The notes: generated by a model not told the origin, from the sequence alone. 64,000 bases of DNA from an uncultured delta proteobacterium (GCA_963771465.1 CAVYTU010000014.1:704001-768000); one strand, 5' to 3'. Positions 12,562 through 23,269 are shown, counted from the first letter of the stretch. Translations and numbers: made by a program.

Positions 12562-13926
12562 TTAAGAAACCTTTCTCAGTCGCGCGGCGAAAAAGCCGTC
12601 GGTGTTGTCGCGCTGCGGCAGGGCTTGAAAATAACCGCCGCGCACCATGTGTTTTGCTGCTGCGGGAAGATAACGCGCCGCATCTTCTAACTCAAACTCT
12701 TTGTGTTGGGCGAGAAACGCTTCGACGACCCGCTCGTTCTCCTCGCGCGCAAGCGTGCAAGTGGAATAGACCAGAACGCCGCTTGGCTTGAGATAGCCAG
12801 TCATTCGTTCGAGCATCTTCGCTTGCAGTCCACTTAAGCGGCGAATGTCTTTATCCTGGCGCTGCCATTTGATCTCGGGATGTGATCGCAGGGTGCCGAA
12901 GCCACTGCACGGCGCATCGACGAGAATCCGATCGTAGGGTGCGCCAAGCTCACCCGTCAAAACATTGGTCGCATCGGCTTTGACGACTTGAATCGAACGT
13001 AACTGTAAGCGCGCGATATTCTCACAGATTTTCTCAATCCCACGCGCGGAATTATCCATTGCGATCAATTCGCCTGAGTCCTTCATGAGCTCGGCGATCT
13101 GCGTCGTCTTGCCGCCGGGGGCGGCACAGGCGTCGAGAATTCGTTCGTCGGGCAAAGGCGCGAGTAAATAGGCAACCAACTGTGACGACTCCCCTTGCAC
13201 CTGAAATAGGCCATCGAGGAAGCCCGGCAGATTTTCCACGGCACCGCTGGATTCGATCATGATTCCGTCCGGCGACCACGGTGTCGCTGACGCGGCAGTT
13301 CCTTCCCCCAGCAACCTTGCCAGCAATTCTTCCCGACTGGATTTGAGCCGGTTGACGCGCAGCACCACAGGCGCGCGTTGATTGTTCGCTAGCATCAGCG
13401 CGCAGACTTCGCGCTGACCGAATTCGTCAAGCCAGCGTCCCACCAACCATTCTGGGTGGGAGTATTCCACCGCGAGTGCGGTGACGGAATTGTCCGCCAC
13501 TTTCGCCGCCGTGTTAATTTCGTTCGGCCGTAGTAAATTTCTCAGGACGGCGTTAACGAATCCGGCGGCTTTACTGCCGCGTTGTATTTTCGCCAGTTCC
13601 ACCGCTTCATTGACCGCGGCGTAGTCGGGAATTTTATCGAGATAAAAAAGCTGGTAGACCGTAACGCGCAAAAGATTGCGCACAAAAGCATCGGTGCCGG
13701 TTAAAGAGCGGCTGAGCTGGTGGCTCAAATGCGCATCGATCGTGCCGCGCCAGCGCAGTGTGCCATAGGTCAATTCCGTCAGCAGCGCGCGGTCGCGCTG
13801 GCTGAGAGACGCGCGCTTGAAAGTGTGATCGAGCAGTATGTCGGCGTAGGCTTTTTGGCTATCGACTTTGAGCAGGATCTCGCTGGCGAGCTGGCGTACG
13901 TTTTTCGCGTCAATCGAGACGGTCAC
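12562..13926 (-). CDS. rsmB: 16S rRNA m5C967 methyltransferase
   Basis: NusB-like N-domain, DACAAPGGKT, DAPCSG, YSTCT; start approximated at GTG 13926. Confidence 0.92.
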   Translation of the reverse strand: MTVSIDAKNVRQLASEILLKVDSQKAYADILLDHTFKRASLSQRDRALLTELTYGTLRWRGTIDAHLSHQLSRSLTGTDAFVRNLLRVTVYQLFYLDKIPDYAAVNEAVELAKIQRGSKAAGFVNAVLRNLLRPNEINTAAKVADNSVTALAVEYSHPEWLVGRWLDEFGQREVCALMLANNQRAPVVLRVNRLKSSREELLARLLGEGTAASATPWSPDGIMIESSGAVENLPGFLDGLFQVQGESSQLVAYLLAPLPDERILDACAAPGGKTTQIAELMKDSGELIAMDNSARGIEKICENIARLQLRSIQVVKADATNVLTGELGAPYDRILVDAPCSGFGTLRSHPEIKWQRQDKDIRRLSGLQAKMLERMTGYLKPSGVLVYSTCTLAREENERVVEAFLAQHKEFELEDAARYLPAAAKHMVRGGYFQALPQRDNTDGFFAARLRKVS

Positions 13927-14851
13927 CGAGTTTGACCCTCGCGCCTTTGATGAACTCAACGCCGGCAAGCCGTTTTTTGTTTTCCCACTGCACTTCTGCG
14001 AGCGCGACGACGCCGGCCGCCGTGGCGATCCAAAAGCCGCCGCCATCGGCTCTGACGAGTTCACCAGGATTGCCGGTACGCTCAGTGGCGATAATATCCA
14101 CGCGATGGACTTTAAGCAGCTTTCCTCCGGCGTGAGTAAAACTACCGGGCCAGGGATCGAGACCGCGCACGCGCCGCGCGATTTCAAGCGCTGATTTGTT
14201 CCAGTCGATGCGACCGTCTGCTTTTTTGAGTATCGGCGCGCGGGTGGCTAAACTCTCGTCTTGTTCCTGCGCGCTCAATGAACCGTCCTTGATTCGGCGC
14301 AGCGTTTCGATTAACAGACGCGCGCCGATGGGCGTCAACTTCCCTTGCAACGAACCGGTGGTTTCATCACCCGACAGCGCCAGCCGTTCTTGGAGATAGA
14401 TTGCCCCGGCGTCCATTTTTTCCACCAGTTTCATCGTGGTCACGCCGGCTTCGCTCTCGCCATTGATGATCGTCCAGGCGACCGGCGCGGCACCCCGGTA
14501 TTTCGGCAGGAGCGAATAGTGAACGTTGAGGCAACCGTGCGGCGCGAGCTCGAGAATTGTTTTCGGCAGAATGCGGCCGTAGGCAACGACGGCGATAATA
14601 TCCGGACGCCACTTTCTCAGAGCGTCGAGAAACTCCGGCGTGCGAATTTTTTCCGCGGCGATTACCGGAATACTCAGAGCTTCGGCCGCTTTGCGCACCG
14701 GTGATGGCGAAGTCTGTTGGCCTCGTCCCGAGGGCCGATCCGGCTGGGTCACGACGCCAACGACAAGATCGGGCCCATGGACAAGCTCTTCCAGCGTCGC
14801 CGCGGCGATTTGCGGCGTGCCCATGAAAACAATCCGCCACGGCGTTGCCAT
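13910..14851 (-). CDS. fmt: Methionyl-tRNA formyltransferase
   Basis: FMGTP, VTQPDRP, NVHYSLLPKYRGAAP. Confidence 0.96.
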   Translation of the reverse strand: MATPWRIVFMGTPQIAAATLEELVHGPDLVVGVVTQPDRPSGRGQQTSPSPVRKAAEALSIPVIAAEKIRTPEFLDALRKWRPDIIAVVAYGRILPKTILELAPHGCLNVHYSLLPKYRGAAPVAWTIINGESEAGVTTMKLVEKMDAGAIYLQERLALSGDETTGSLQGKLTPIGARLLIETLRRIKDGSLSAQEQDESLATRAPILKKADGRIDWNKSALEIARRVRGLDPWPGSFTHAGGKLLKVHRVDIIATERTGNPGELVRADGGGFWIATAAGVVALAEVQWENKKRLAGVEFIKGARVKLGDRLD

Positions 14852-14906
14852 TGAAAAACCTTCCGACTGAAATATTGGGGATTTCCAGCGATGAACGGAG
14901 CGGCGA

Positions 14907-15449
14907 TTAGATCATCACCCGCGCGCTTTCCTTCGCCGGCTCCGTGCCATCGCGGAGCATTTTTTTTCGTCGGCGCGCGTAGAGATCGTGCTTCAAGCGG
15001 CTGATGCGGTCGATGAAAAGTTTACCGTCGAGGTGATCGATCTCATGTTGCAAGGCGACCGCGAGCAAGCCTTCGGCTTCGATTTTTATTTCTTTTTCAT
15101 TTTCATCGATGGCGCTGACTTGCACCTGGGCGGCGCGCTTCACCTCGGCGGTGAAGTCGACTACGCTTAAGCAGCCCTCTTCCCAAATGACCTCGCCTTC
15201 GGCATGGGTAATCACCGGATTGATTAATTTATAGACTAACTTGCGCGGGTTCTCGTGGTCGACGTCAAGGACGATCACCCGGTGAGACGCCCCTACCTGC
15301 GGCGCTGCGAGCCCAACGCCGGGTGCGGCGTACATGGTGTCCAGCAAGTCATTGACGAGCTGCATGGTTTTGCCGTTGACGTTTTTCACCGGCGCGGCAA
15401 CTTTGCCGAGCGCGGGCGCGGGGAATTTGAGAATTTCTAAGATTGCCAT
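14907..15449 (-). CDS. def: Peptide deformylase
   Basis: GVGLAAPQVG, EGCLS, QHEIDHLDG. Confidence 0.97.
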   Translation of the reverse strand: MAILEILKFPAPALGKVAAPVKNVNGKTMQLVNDLLDTMYAAPGVGLAAPQVGASHRVIVLDVDHENPRKLVYKLINPVITHAEGEVIWEEGCLSVVDFTAEVKRAAQVQVSAIDENEKEIKIEAEGLLAVALQHEIDHLDGKLFIDRISRLKHDLYARRRKKMLRDGTEPAKESARVMI

Positions 15450-15464
15450 GGCTGCGTAAAAAAT

Positions 15465-17768
15465 TCATAACATACTGTAGGGATCGACATCAATGTGGAG
15501 GCGCAGGTTGGGAGCCCGTGGCAGCAGCGCGCGCGCGTGGCGGGCAAAGTCGAGCAACGCCGTGCTTTGCTTGCCTTTGAGCAATAGCTGCCAGCGAAAC
15601 CGGTTGCGCAGTTTTTCGATGGGTGCCGGCGCCGGACCGAGCACTTCGATCTGGTCGCGAAATTTTGCCGTGCCAGTCTGCAACTCGCGCAACCCCGCGG
15701 CCAATTCCCGCGCGCGCTGTTCCACTTCACTCATCTTCGGACCGTCGAGGCGGAGATTAACCAGCCGGCCATACGGTGGATAACTCAAAGCGCGACGAAA
15801 TTCACTCTCGGCAGCGAAGAATCCCTTGTAGTCATGAGCGACTAGAAATTCGAGGGCGTAGTGATCCGGCGCGTAAGTTTGAATGATTACTCGCCCAGGA
15901 TCGTCGCCGCGCCCAGAGCGGCCGCCGACTTGGCTCAAGAGTTGAAACGTCCGCTCAGCGGCGCGGAAGTCGGGCAAGTTGAGCGACAAATCCGCCAACA
16001 ATGCGCCGACCAATGTGACGCCGGCGACGTCATGTCCTTTAGTGATCATTTGAGTGCCGACGAGAATATCGAGGTCGCCTCTTTCCCAGCGGCGAATTAA
16101 GGCTTCTTGTGAACCACGCTTTGTGGTGGTGTCACGATCCATGCGTGCGATGCGCGCCTCGGGTATGAGCTGCTGAAGGGTTGTTTCAACCTGTTCGGTG
16201 CCGACGCCCACCGCGATCAGCGATTCGTTTTTGCACTCCGGGCAAGTGTTAGTTGTCGGCCGGCGATAATCGCAGTGGTGACAGCTGAGCAGCTGGCGTT
16301 TAAGGTGAAGCGTAAGCGTCACGCTACAGTAGGGACAACGCCACACGTGACCGCACAATGTGCATTGGAGAAAATTGGCGAAGCCGCGGCGGTTCAAGAA
16401 AATAAGCGTCTGGTGTTTTGCCGCGAAATTTTGCCGCAACAAATCGACGAATCTCTCGGAGACTAAGGGTCGATCGTTGGTCTTCGCGGACGCGATGTTT
16501 GCCCGGCTGCGTACGCCGCCGGGGGCGTTGGACATACGGAGCTCTTGGCGTAAGTCGATCAGTTCGATCGCTGGCATGGGCCATTCTTCAACCCGCTGGT
16601 TGAGCTCGATGAGTCGATAGCGGCCCTGGCAGCAGTTCTCATAGCTCTCCAGCGCCGGAGTTGCCGAGCCCAAGACCACCGGGCAGTGCAAAAGTTTGCC
16701 GCGCACCACGGCGACGTCGCGGCCATTGTAGCGTAGGCCGTCTTCCTGTTTGTAAGATGAATCATGCTCCTCGTCGACGATGATCAGCCCGAGATCGGCT
16801 ATCGGCGCAAACACTGCTGAACGGGCGCCGATCACGACATCGACGTTGCCACCAATGATCTGCCACCATTGGGTCCAGCGCTGGGCTGCTGTCATGGCGC
16901 TATGAAGAACACCGACTCTGCCGGGAAAACGCGCGTTGACACGATCCAAAAGTTGCGGCGTTAACGAGATTTCCGGGACGATGATTAGGCTGCGCCGTCC
17001 GAGGGCGCGCGTTTGAGCGATGGCGCGCAGATAGATTTCGGTTTTGCCGCTCGCGGTGACGCCGTGAAGCAAGAAAGTCTCAAAGCCGCCTTGTGTTACG
17101 CGCTCGCCGATAGCGCCAAGAGCAATTTCTTGCTCCGTGGTTAACTGAAACCTCAGCGGTTCGGCTTCGATGGCCGTTTCTTTTAACCCAGACGATTCAC
17201 TGACCTTGCGCCGCTGCTTAGCCAGATGATCCTCAATTGTGAGGGTGCCAGCGGATTCGAGTTGCGCCAATACACGCTCGAGGTTTTCTCCAGGGAACCT
17301 TCGCGTCAGTGTTTTGACGGCTAATTTTCCTTTGTGTTGGGCAATTTCCTGTAACACCTTGCGTCCCAATTTGTCTGACACCAAGGCATCGTCTCCACTG
17401 AGCACCACCGTTCTTTTGCTTTCTCGGCGCGAATTGGGCGGCAGCATGGTCGCTAGCACTTCGCCGAGCGAAACCAGATAGTATTGAGAGATCCAATGAG
17501 CGAGCTTGAGTAGCTCGGCATCGAGAATCGGTTGATCATCCAGCGCGGCGAAAATATTTTTGGCTGCCGCCAGCGGATTTTCCGCCAGCATTTCGATTAC
17601 AATGCCAGTCGTTGTGCGCTTCTGTAGCGGAATTAAGACTCTCGTTCCAGGAGCGATTTGGGTTTCGAGAGATTGCGGGATGCCATAGATCAGCGGCTGC
17701 CTGAGCGGAGATGGTATGACGACCCGGACAAACTTCTGCGGTTCGTGCATCGTTAAAGCTGTATCCAT
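15465..17768 (-). CDS. priA: Primosomal protein N' (replication restart helicase)
   Basis: GVTASGKTE, DEEHD, four CxxC zinc motifs, DVDP C-terminus. Confidence 0.95.
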   Translation of the reverse strand: MDTALTMHEPQKFVRVVIPSPLRQPLIYGIPQSLETQIAPGTRVLIPLQKRTTTGIVIEMLAENPLAAAKNIFAALDDQPILDAELLKLAHWISQYYLVSLGEVLATMLPPNSRRESKRTVVLSGDDALVSDKLGRKVLQEIAQHKGKLAVKTLTRRFPGENLERVLAQLESAGTLTIEDHLAKQRRKVSESSGLKETAIEAEPLRFQLTTEQEIALGAIGERVTQGGFETFLLHGVTASGKTEIYLRAIAQTRALGRRSLIIVPEISLTPQLLDRVNARFPGRVGVLHSAMTAAQRWTQWWQIIGGNVDVVIGARSAVFAPIADLGLIIVDEEHDSSYKQEDGLRYNGRDVAVVRGKLLHCPVVLGSATPALESYENCCQGRYRLIELNQRVEEWPMPAIELIDLRQELRMSNAPGGVRSRANIASAKTNDRPLVSERFVDLLRQNFAAKHQTLIFLNRRGFANFLQCTLCGHVWRCPYCSVTLTLHLKRQLLSCHHCDYRRPTTNTCPECKNESLIAVGVGTEQVETTLQQLIPEARIARMDRDTTTKRGSQEALIRRWERGDLDILVGTQMITKGHDVAGVTLVGALLADLSLNLPDFRAAERTFQLLSQVGGRSGRGDDPGRVIIQTYAPDHYALEFLVAHDYKGFFAAESEFRRALSYPPYGRLVNLRLDGPKMSEVEQRARELAAGLRELQTGTAKFRDQIEVLGPAPAPIEKLRNRFRWQLLLKGKQSTALLDFARHARALLPRAPNLRLHIDVDPYSML

Positions 17769-17970
17769 CGTCTATGGCAAAATCAACCTGGAAAATTTTG
17801 TTAGCCGTGGTGGGGTTTGTTCATTTTTGTGCCCTAAAGAATCAAACTGGGCTGCTTTAAGGATTCATTAGACTTACCGAAGCTACTGATTATACGCGAT
17901 AAGTTGACTGTGATGGGCGGAATCGGGTCGGTGGCAATGGGATTGCTATACTCATCCCTATCAAAAGCAA

Positions 17971-18028
17971 TAATTATGCATAATTAATAATAATTTAAGT
18001 TGACTTGGAATGGCCGATTGGGTAATTC
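17971..18028 (+). promoter_or_regulatory. Perfect 16-bp palindrome plus candidate sigma70 promoter upstream of HTH-pilM
   Basis: TAATTATGCATAATTA at 17971-17986; TTGACT (18000)-17 nt-TAATTC (18023). Confidence 0.45.
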
Positions 18029-18073
18029 CAAAGTCACCCCACTTCTAGTACCTTTCACCGAAGGCTGGCAGCG

Positions 18074-18274
18074 ATGGAAGAGCACAATAACGTTAAAAAA
18101 ATTCGCGAAGCGAAAATGCTAAGCAGGTCTGAATTGGCGCGCTTAGCTGGAATCTCTCCATTGACCCTCCAGCGCATCGAAAAAGGCAAAGATTGTCGCA
18201 TGGCGACAAAACGGAAGATTCTTCTAGCTTTAGGCCTCTCCATTGAGCAGAAGCACACGCTCTTCAAGCAATAA
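18074..18274 (+). CDS. XRE/Cro-like helix-turn-helix regulator preceding pilM
   Basis: NNVKKIREAKMLSRSELARLAGISPLTLQRIEKG HTH_3 pattern. Confidence 0.88.
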   Translation: MEEHNNVKKIREAKMLSRSELARLAGISPLTLQRIEKGKDCRMATKRKILLALGLSIEQKHTLFKQ

Positions 18275-18277
18275 CCC

Positions 18278-19378
18278 ATGGCACCCTTCTGGAATAGTAT
18301 GAATTTGGGATTCTTAAAGTCGCTCGGTAGCAGTGACGGCTGCGTTGCGCTCGATATCGGTTCCAGCTCGATCAAAATGGTTGAAGCTGGCCTCGATAAG
18401 GATGGCTACCGCGTTCTCAAGCTGGGGATTCAGGCGCTTCCTGAGAACGCGATCCAAAATAACATGGTGGTCGACACCAAAACGGTCGCAGAGGCGGTCA
18501 AGCAGCTGATCAAAGATAACGGGGTTAGAGCAAAACGGGTCATCGCTGCGGTACCCGGCCGCGCCGTCATCATGAAAAAAGTTCAGATGCCCAAGCAAGA
18601 ATCGGCCGAACTAGAAGCCAATATTGAATTTGAAGCGCAAAACGTCATCCCGGAAAATTTGGAAAACGTCAATCTCGATCATCAGGTGTTAAGCCAAACC
18701 GACGATGGCAACAAGATGGACGTGCTGTTGGTCGCGGTAAAAAAAGAGATCGTCAACAGTTATACCGATGTGATCGAGCAGGCCGGCCTCGAAGCGGCGG
18801 TCATGGATGTCGATTATTTCGCCTTGGAAAACATGTACGAGGCTAACTATGGCGGCGAGGGTGTTAATGGAGTCGTCGGATTGATTCATATCGGCGCGCA
18901 GAACACCTGCATTAGCTTACTGCAAAATGGCATTTCGACCTTCACCGGCGATCTTTCGATTGGCGGAGCTTATTTCACCGATGCACTGGCATCCCAGACA
19001 GGGCTCACCGCAGCCGCCGCGGAAAATTTTAAACTGACAGGCGTGGCTGAGGAGAAAAAGGGGCTGGATCTGGCCTCACTGATGCAGGCCACCGCCGAGG
19101 AGTTAGCCGAGGAAATTCGTCGAACGGTAAGTCTCTACGGCATCGTGCCGTCGGACGATGTCGACGGTCTAAAGATGATTTATCTGAGCGGCGGGGGCGC
19201 CAAACTGATGGGTTTGCGCACCTTGCTCGAAGATCGCATCGGCGTGCCGGTGCGGCTCAGCGAGCCATTCAAAAGCTTCAGTATTAATAAAAATATTGAC
19301 CGTGAGTATTTGCTCGAAGCGGCGCCGAGTTTTGCGGTCGCTGCTGGCCTAACGATTCGCCGGCCGGGGGATCGATGA
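18278..19378 (+). CDS. pilM: Type IV pilus assembly protein PilM
   Basis: LDIGSSSIK and YLSGGGA actin-like motifs; first gene of pilMNOPQ. Confidence 0.93.
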   Translation: MAPFWNSMNLGFLKSLGSSDGCVALDIGSSSIKMVEAGLDKDGYRVLKLGIQALPENAIQNNMVVDTKTVAEAVKQLIKDNGVRAKRVIAAVPGRAVIMKKVQMPKQESAELEANIEFEAQNVIPENLENVNLDHQVLSQTDDGNKMDVLLVAVKKEIVNSYTDVIEQAGLEAAVMDVDYFALENMYEANYGGEGVNGVVGLIHIGAQNTCISLLQNGISTFTGDLSIGGAYFTDALASQTGLTAAAAENFKLTGVAEEKKGLDLASLMQATAEELAEEIRRTVSLYGIVPSDDVDGLKMIYLSGGGAKLMGLRTLLEDRIGVPVRLSEPFKSFSINKNIDREYLLEAAPSFAVAAGLTIRRPGDR

Positions 19379-19989
19379 TTCGCATCAACCTGTTACCGTT
19401 CAAGCAACTTGAAGCCGAAGTCACGCGGCGCCGGGAGCTTTCCATCGGCGCGGTGGTCCTGGGATCGTCCGTGCTCATGCTCGCCGCTGTGCATTTCTAC
19501 CAGTCCTATCAAATGTCGCAGCTCGAAACTGAGCTTGTCGAATTGCGCAGTGAGTTACAATCACTCAATACGAAAATCAAGGAAGTCGGCGATCTGCAAA
19601 ACAAGATCAAAGATTTGCGCGGTAAGAATAAGATCATCGCCGATCTCAACCAGAAAAAAAGCGGGCCAGTGCAGGTGATGGAGAATCTCGCCGTTGCAAC
19701 GCCGACAACCCTGTGGCTCACGGATCTGAAAGAATCCGGCGGCAATGTAGTGCTAAACGGCCTTGCCGCCGACCACAAGACGGTGGCGGATTTTATCAGC
19801 GGATTGGAAGCGTCGAAGTATTTCAAAGGCGTCGAGCTTGTCGAAACGGCGCAAGGCACCGGTCCGACCGGCGGCTTCAAAAGATTTTCAATTAAGACCA
19901 GCGTGTTGTACCAGCCCGCTCAAGTCGCGCCCGTCGACGCAAAAACGAAAACCACTCCGGCAGCAAAGAAACAGGAGAAGCAGGGGTGA
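19375..19989 (+). CDS. pilN: Type IV pilus assembly protein PilN
   Basis: MIRINLLP motif, TM helix, coiled coil. Confidence 0.93.
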   Translation: MIRINLLPFKQLEAEVTRRRELSIGAVVLGSSVLMLAAVHFYQSYQMSQLETELVELRSELQSLNTKIKEVGDLQNKIKDLRGKNKIIADLNQKKSGPVQVMENLAVATPTTLWLTDLKESGGNVVLNGLAADHKTVADFISGLEASKYFKGVELVETAQGTGPTGGFKRFSIKTSVLYQPAQVAPVDAKTKTTPAAKKQEKQG

Positions 19990-20612
19990 ACCAGTTAATC
20001 GACAACATTCTTGAGCGGCCCAATCTGCAAAAGATCGGCATCCTCGCCGCCACGATTATTCTACTGGCGGCGCTTTATTACAGCTTTCTCTACAGTCCGC
20101 GTTCGGACGAAGTGGCAAAATTGGTCGACAGCGTAGAAATTGCCCGCAACGAGAAAACCGCGAAACAACAGAAAGCGGCGAATTTACCGCGCCTTAAAAA
20201 AGATATTCAACTGTTAGAGATGGAACTTACCAAAGCCATAGCGCAGCTGCCGAACAAGAAAGAAGTTGCCGATCTGCTCAGAACAATTTCGGCCAAAGCC
20301 TCGCAGTCCGGGTTGGACATTTTACTTTTTCGGCCGCGCGCCGAAACGTTTCAGGAGTTTTACGCTGAAGTTCCCGTCGATATCACGGTCAAGGGCAGTT
20401 TTCACAACACCGTCGGCTTCTTCGATGAGGTCGGCCGACTCAACCGCCTGGTTAACATCGATAGCATCGGTTTCAAAAACCCAACCGTCACGGGTGATAA
20501 CGTGATCCTAGAAACCACCAGTGTGGCGACGGCGTTTCGTTTCCTTAATGATGCCGAAAGAAAAAAAGTCGCTGAAGACAAAGCGAAAGCCGCCGCAAAA
20601 GCCAAAAAATAA
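19986..20612 (+). CDS. pilO: Type IV pilus assembly protein PilO
   Basis: QLPNKKEV, FYAEVPV, GSFH..FFDEV..L.RLVNI. Confidence 0.93.
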   Translation: MNQLIDNILERPNLQKIGILAATIILLAALYYSFLYSPRSDEVAKLVDSVEIARNEKTAKQQKAANLPRLKKDIQLLEMELTKAIAQLPNKKEVADLLRTISAKASQSGLDILLFRPRAETFQEFYAEVPVDITVKGSFHNTVGFFDEVGRLNRLVNIDSIGFKNPTVTGDNVILETTSVATAFRFLNDAERKKVAEDKAKAAAKAKK

Positions 20613-20618
20613 TCGGCC

Positions 20619-21248
20619 ATGACGAGATCCCTCGAACTTTGCTGTGTGTTGGTTTTTTCGCTCGCGTTGGGCGCGAGTGGATTGTCGTCGGCTCAGGAGC
20701 CGCTGCAGACGCCGTCGGAAAGAACCAAAGACGCGGTCGACAAATTCAACAACGCGCCATCGGGGATCGGTAAATCGCTGCAGGGCCTCCGCGACGCTGC
20801 TAAAGAGCGGCTTCAACAATCTATGGGCAGCAAGAAGAGTAAGACCGAGGCGAAAGCCGAACCTGTCGATTTGAATTTGCCCAAGAAGCTCCCTGACGCG
20901 ACCCCGCCTGCCGTAACTCTAAAGGAAGGTAGCCGGGATCCGTTTCGACCCATGACGCTTCGAGCAAAGGTTGTGAGCCGAAATCGAGAGAATCTTTCGC
21001 CCCTCGAACGGCTTGATTTAGGTCAGTTGAAAATCGTCGGCATCGTCTGGGATATCAAGGAGCCAAGAGCGATGGTCGAAGACACGTCAGGGCTTGGCTA
21101 CACCGTCAAAGTCGGTACGCCCATCGGCAGTAACGATGGCAAGGTGAAAGCGATTCATCGAAACCAGATTATCATCGAAGAAATATCTGCCGATGTTTAT
21201 GGCCAGCGAAAATCGCGCGATGTGAGCATGAAGCTGGCAACGGATTAA
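20619..21248 (+). CDS. pilP: Type IV pilus assembly protein PilP
   Basis: RDPF, SPLER.DL.QLK.VG, AMVED..G. Confidence 0.88.
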   Translation: MTRSLELCCVLVFSLALGASGLSSAQEPLQTPSERTKDAVDKFNNAPSGIGKSLQGLRDAAKERLQQSMGSKKSKTEAKAEPVDLNLPKKLPDATPPAVTLKEGSRDPFRPMTLRAKVVSRNRENLSPLERLDLGQLKIVGIVWDIKEPRAMVEDTSGLGYTVKVGTPIGSNDGKVKAIHRNQIIIEEISADVYGQRKSRDVSMKLATD

Positions 21249-21277
21249 CGAGCATTATAGAAACGAGGAACTTCCTC

Positions 21278-23269
21278 ATGAATCGTCGCCGAAAAGGCAG
21301 CCACGAAGTAGGCAAAGTCGTATCATCGCTGTGTTTGAAGATTGCGGTTGCCTGCGCCGTCAGTGTTATGGGTTGCGCCGTGAACAATGAGACGCCGTCG
21401 AAGCCAACCTCGGCTCCGGCAGCAACGCCCCAGAGCGCGCCCGCCGCGCAAGCGGCCGCAACGGCCAGCACGGCTACGGCAAGCCAAAACTTGCAAGAGC
21501 TGATCGTCCGAGAAGAACGCGGTCAAACAACCTTATTGGTTAAATTCAATCGGCCGGTAACCCAATATCGCCATTTTCCACTGCCGCAGCCTGCGCGCGT
21601 CGTCTTGGACATTACGGGCGAAAACAAAGCTCACTCATCGACAGACACGTTTCGTATCGATACTAGCATTGTCTCTGCCCTGCGAATTTCCGCCGGCGAG
21701 AATAATCTACGCTTGGTGATGGAAATCGCCGCCGCAACGGCGCCCGCTTATACCATCTCGCAAGAAGACGGCGGGGTTAAGATCGTCATTGGTGCAGTGG
21801 ACGCCAATGCCAACGCGAAGAAAAATGTGATGTTGGTCAAGGACGGTCAACGGCTTGATACGCGTAGCGCGCAAACGTCGGCGCCATCGAATGCAGACGG
21901 TAAAAACCAGCCGACAGTGAGTGAGGATCGGTTGACCGCCGACAAGACTTTCACCGGTCAAAAGATTTCGCTGGACTTTAAGGACGCCGATATCAAGAAC
22001 GTTTTTCGCTTGCTCTCAGAAGTCAGCGGTTTAAATATCGTGGTTACCGCGGACGTGAACCGCCGCGTAACCTTGCGTCTTGTCGAAGTGCCGTGGGATC
22101 AAGCGATGGATCTGATCATTTCGACCAATGGTCTGGACAAGGAGCAGATTGGTAACGTCGTGCGAATTTCGACGGCGGGCGCGTTGAAGACTGAGAAAGA
22201 CGCTCTCATCGCCGCCAAGAAGTCTAAAGAAGACTTTGAACCGCTACTGACGACATACTTCAACGTCAATTACGCCAAGGCGAAGGACTTGGAACCGAAG
22301 ATCAAGTCCTTGATGAGCAAACGCACGGACAGTGCGCTGGTCATCGACGACCGAAGCAACACCGTCATGGTTCGTGACGTCCAGAGATCAATGGAAGACG
22401 TGAACGCGTTAGTGTCGAAGCTTGATACGCGCACGCCTCAGGTCCAGATCGAGTCGAATCTCATCGAAACTACGCCGACTTTCTCGCGGGCCCTTGGCAT
22501 AGAAATGGAAGCCTTGTTCAACAATGGCCGTGTACGCGGCAGTGATAGATTTATTGCTGGTACCCCCTTTGTTGGCGGTCCCCAGCCACCGCCAGCAGTC
22601 AATCAATTAGTCATTCCGACTACCGGCTTCCGCTGGGGATATTTTGGGAACAATATTACGAGCATCTTGTCTGCTGCCGAGGCCGAAGGTAACGTCAAAA
22701 TTATTTCTCGTCCCTCGGTTGTGACACTTAACAATGTCGAATCTACAATTGAAAGTGCGCGCATTATTAGAATAAGAACCACAGCTGCAACTGTAGGCGA
22801 GGCCGGAAGCCTCCGAGAGATCCGGGCGGGGATAACTTTGAAAGTCACACCTCAGGTGTCCGTTGACGGCTTCGTCTTGCTCAATATTGCAGTCAAGTCC
22901 AGTACCCTGGATTTCGCTAATGCGGTCGAGAATATCCCGGCGGAGAATACACGGGAAGCCAAGGCAAACGTCCTCGTGCGAGACGGTGAGACGGTTGTTA
23001 TTGGCGGGATATTAAAGGATACGAGTTCTAATTCGGATACCGGCGTTCCATATTTGAAAGATGTTCCAGTTCTCGGCTGGCTTTTTAGGAAGTCGTCATG
23101 GGAGAAAAATTTTGAGGAGCTCGTCGTCTTCATAACCCCGAGAATTATGGGGGCGGGCTCGGAAAATCTTCCAACCGCAGAGCAGATATGGCGCGACCAA
23201 ATGAAACAAACCGACGGAACGGCTCCGCTCAATACATCACAGCAGTCGAGAAACCCTAGCCTCCCCTAA
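21278..23269 (+). CDS. pilQ: Type IV pilus secretin
   Basis: AMIN domain, ISLDFKDADI, VPWDQA, DGETVVIGG, VPVLGWLF, ELVVFITPRI. Confidence 0.94.
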   Translation: MNRRRKGSHEVGKVVSSLCLKIAVACAVSVMGCAVNNETPSKPTSAPAATPQSAPAAQAAATASTATASQNLQELIVREERGQTTLLVKFNRPVTQYRHFPLPQPARVVLDITGENKAHSSTDTFRIDTSIVSALRISAGENNLRLVMEIAAATAPAYTISQEDGGVKIVIGAVDANANAKKNVMLVKDGQRLDTRSAQTSAPSNADGKNQPTVSEDRLTADKTFTGQKISLDFKDADIKNVFRLLSEVSGLNIVVTADVNRRVTLRLVEVPWDQAMDLIISTNGLDKEQIGNVVRISTAGALKTEKDALIAAKKSKEDFEPLLTTYFNVNYAKAKDLEPKIKSLMSKRTDSALVIDDRSNTVMVRDVQRSMEDVNALVSKLDTRTPQVQIESNLIETTPTFSRALGIEMEALFNNGRVRGSDRFIAGTPFVGGPQPPPAVNQLVIPTTGFRWGYFGNNITSILSAAEAEGNVKIISRPSVVTLNNVESTIESARIIRIRTTAATVGEAGSLREIRAGITLKVTPQVSVDGFVLLNIAVKSSTLDFANAVENIPAENTREAKANVLVRDGETVVIGGILKDTSSNSDTGVPYLKDVPVLGWLFRKSSWEKNFEELVVFITPRIMGAGSENLPTAEQIWRDQMKQTDGTAPLNTSQQSRNPSLP

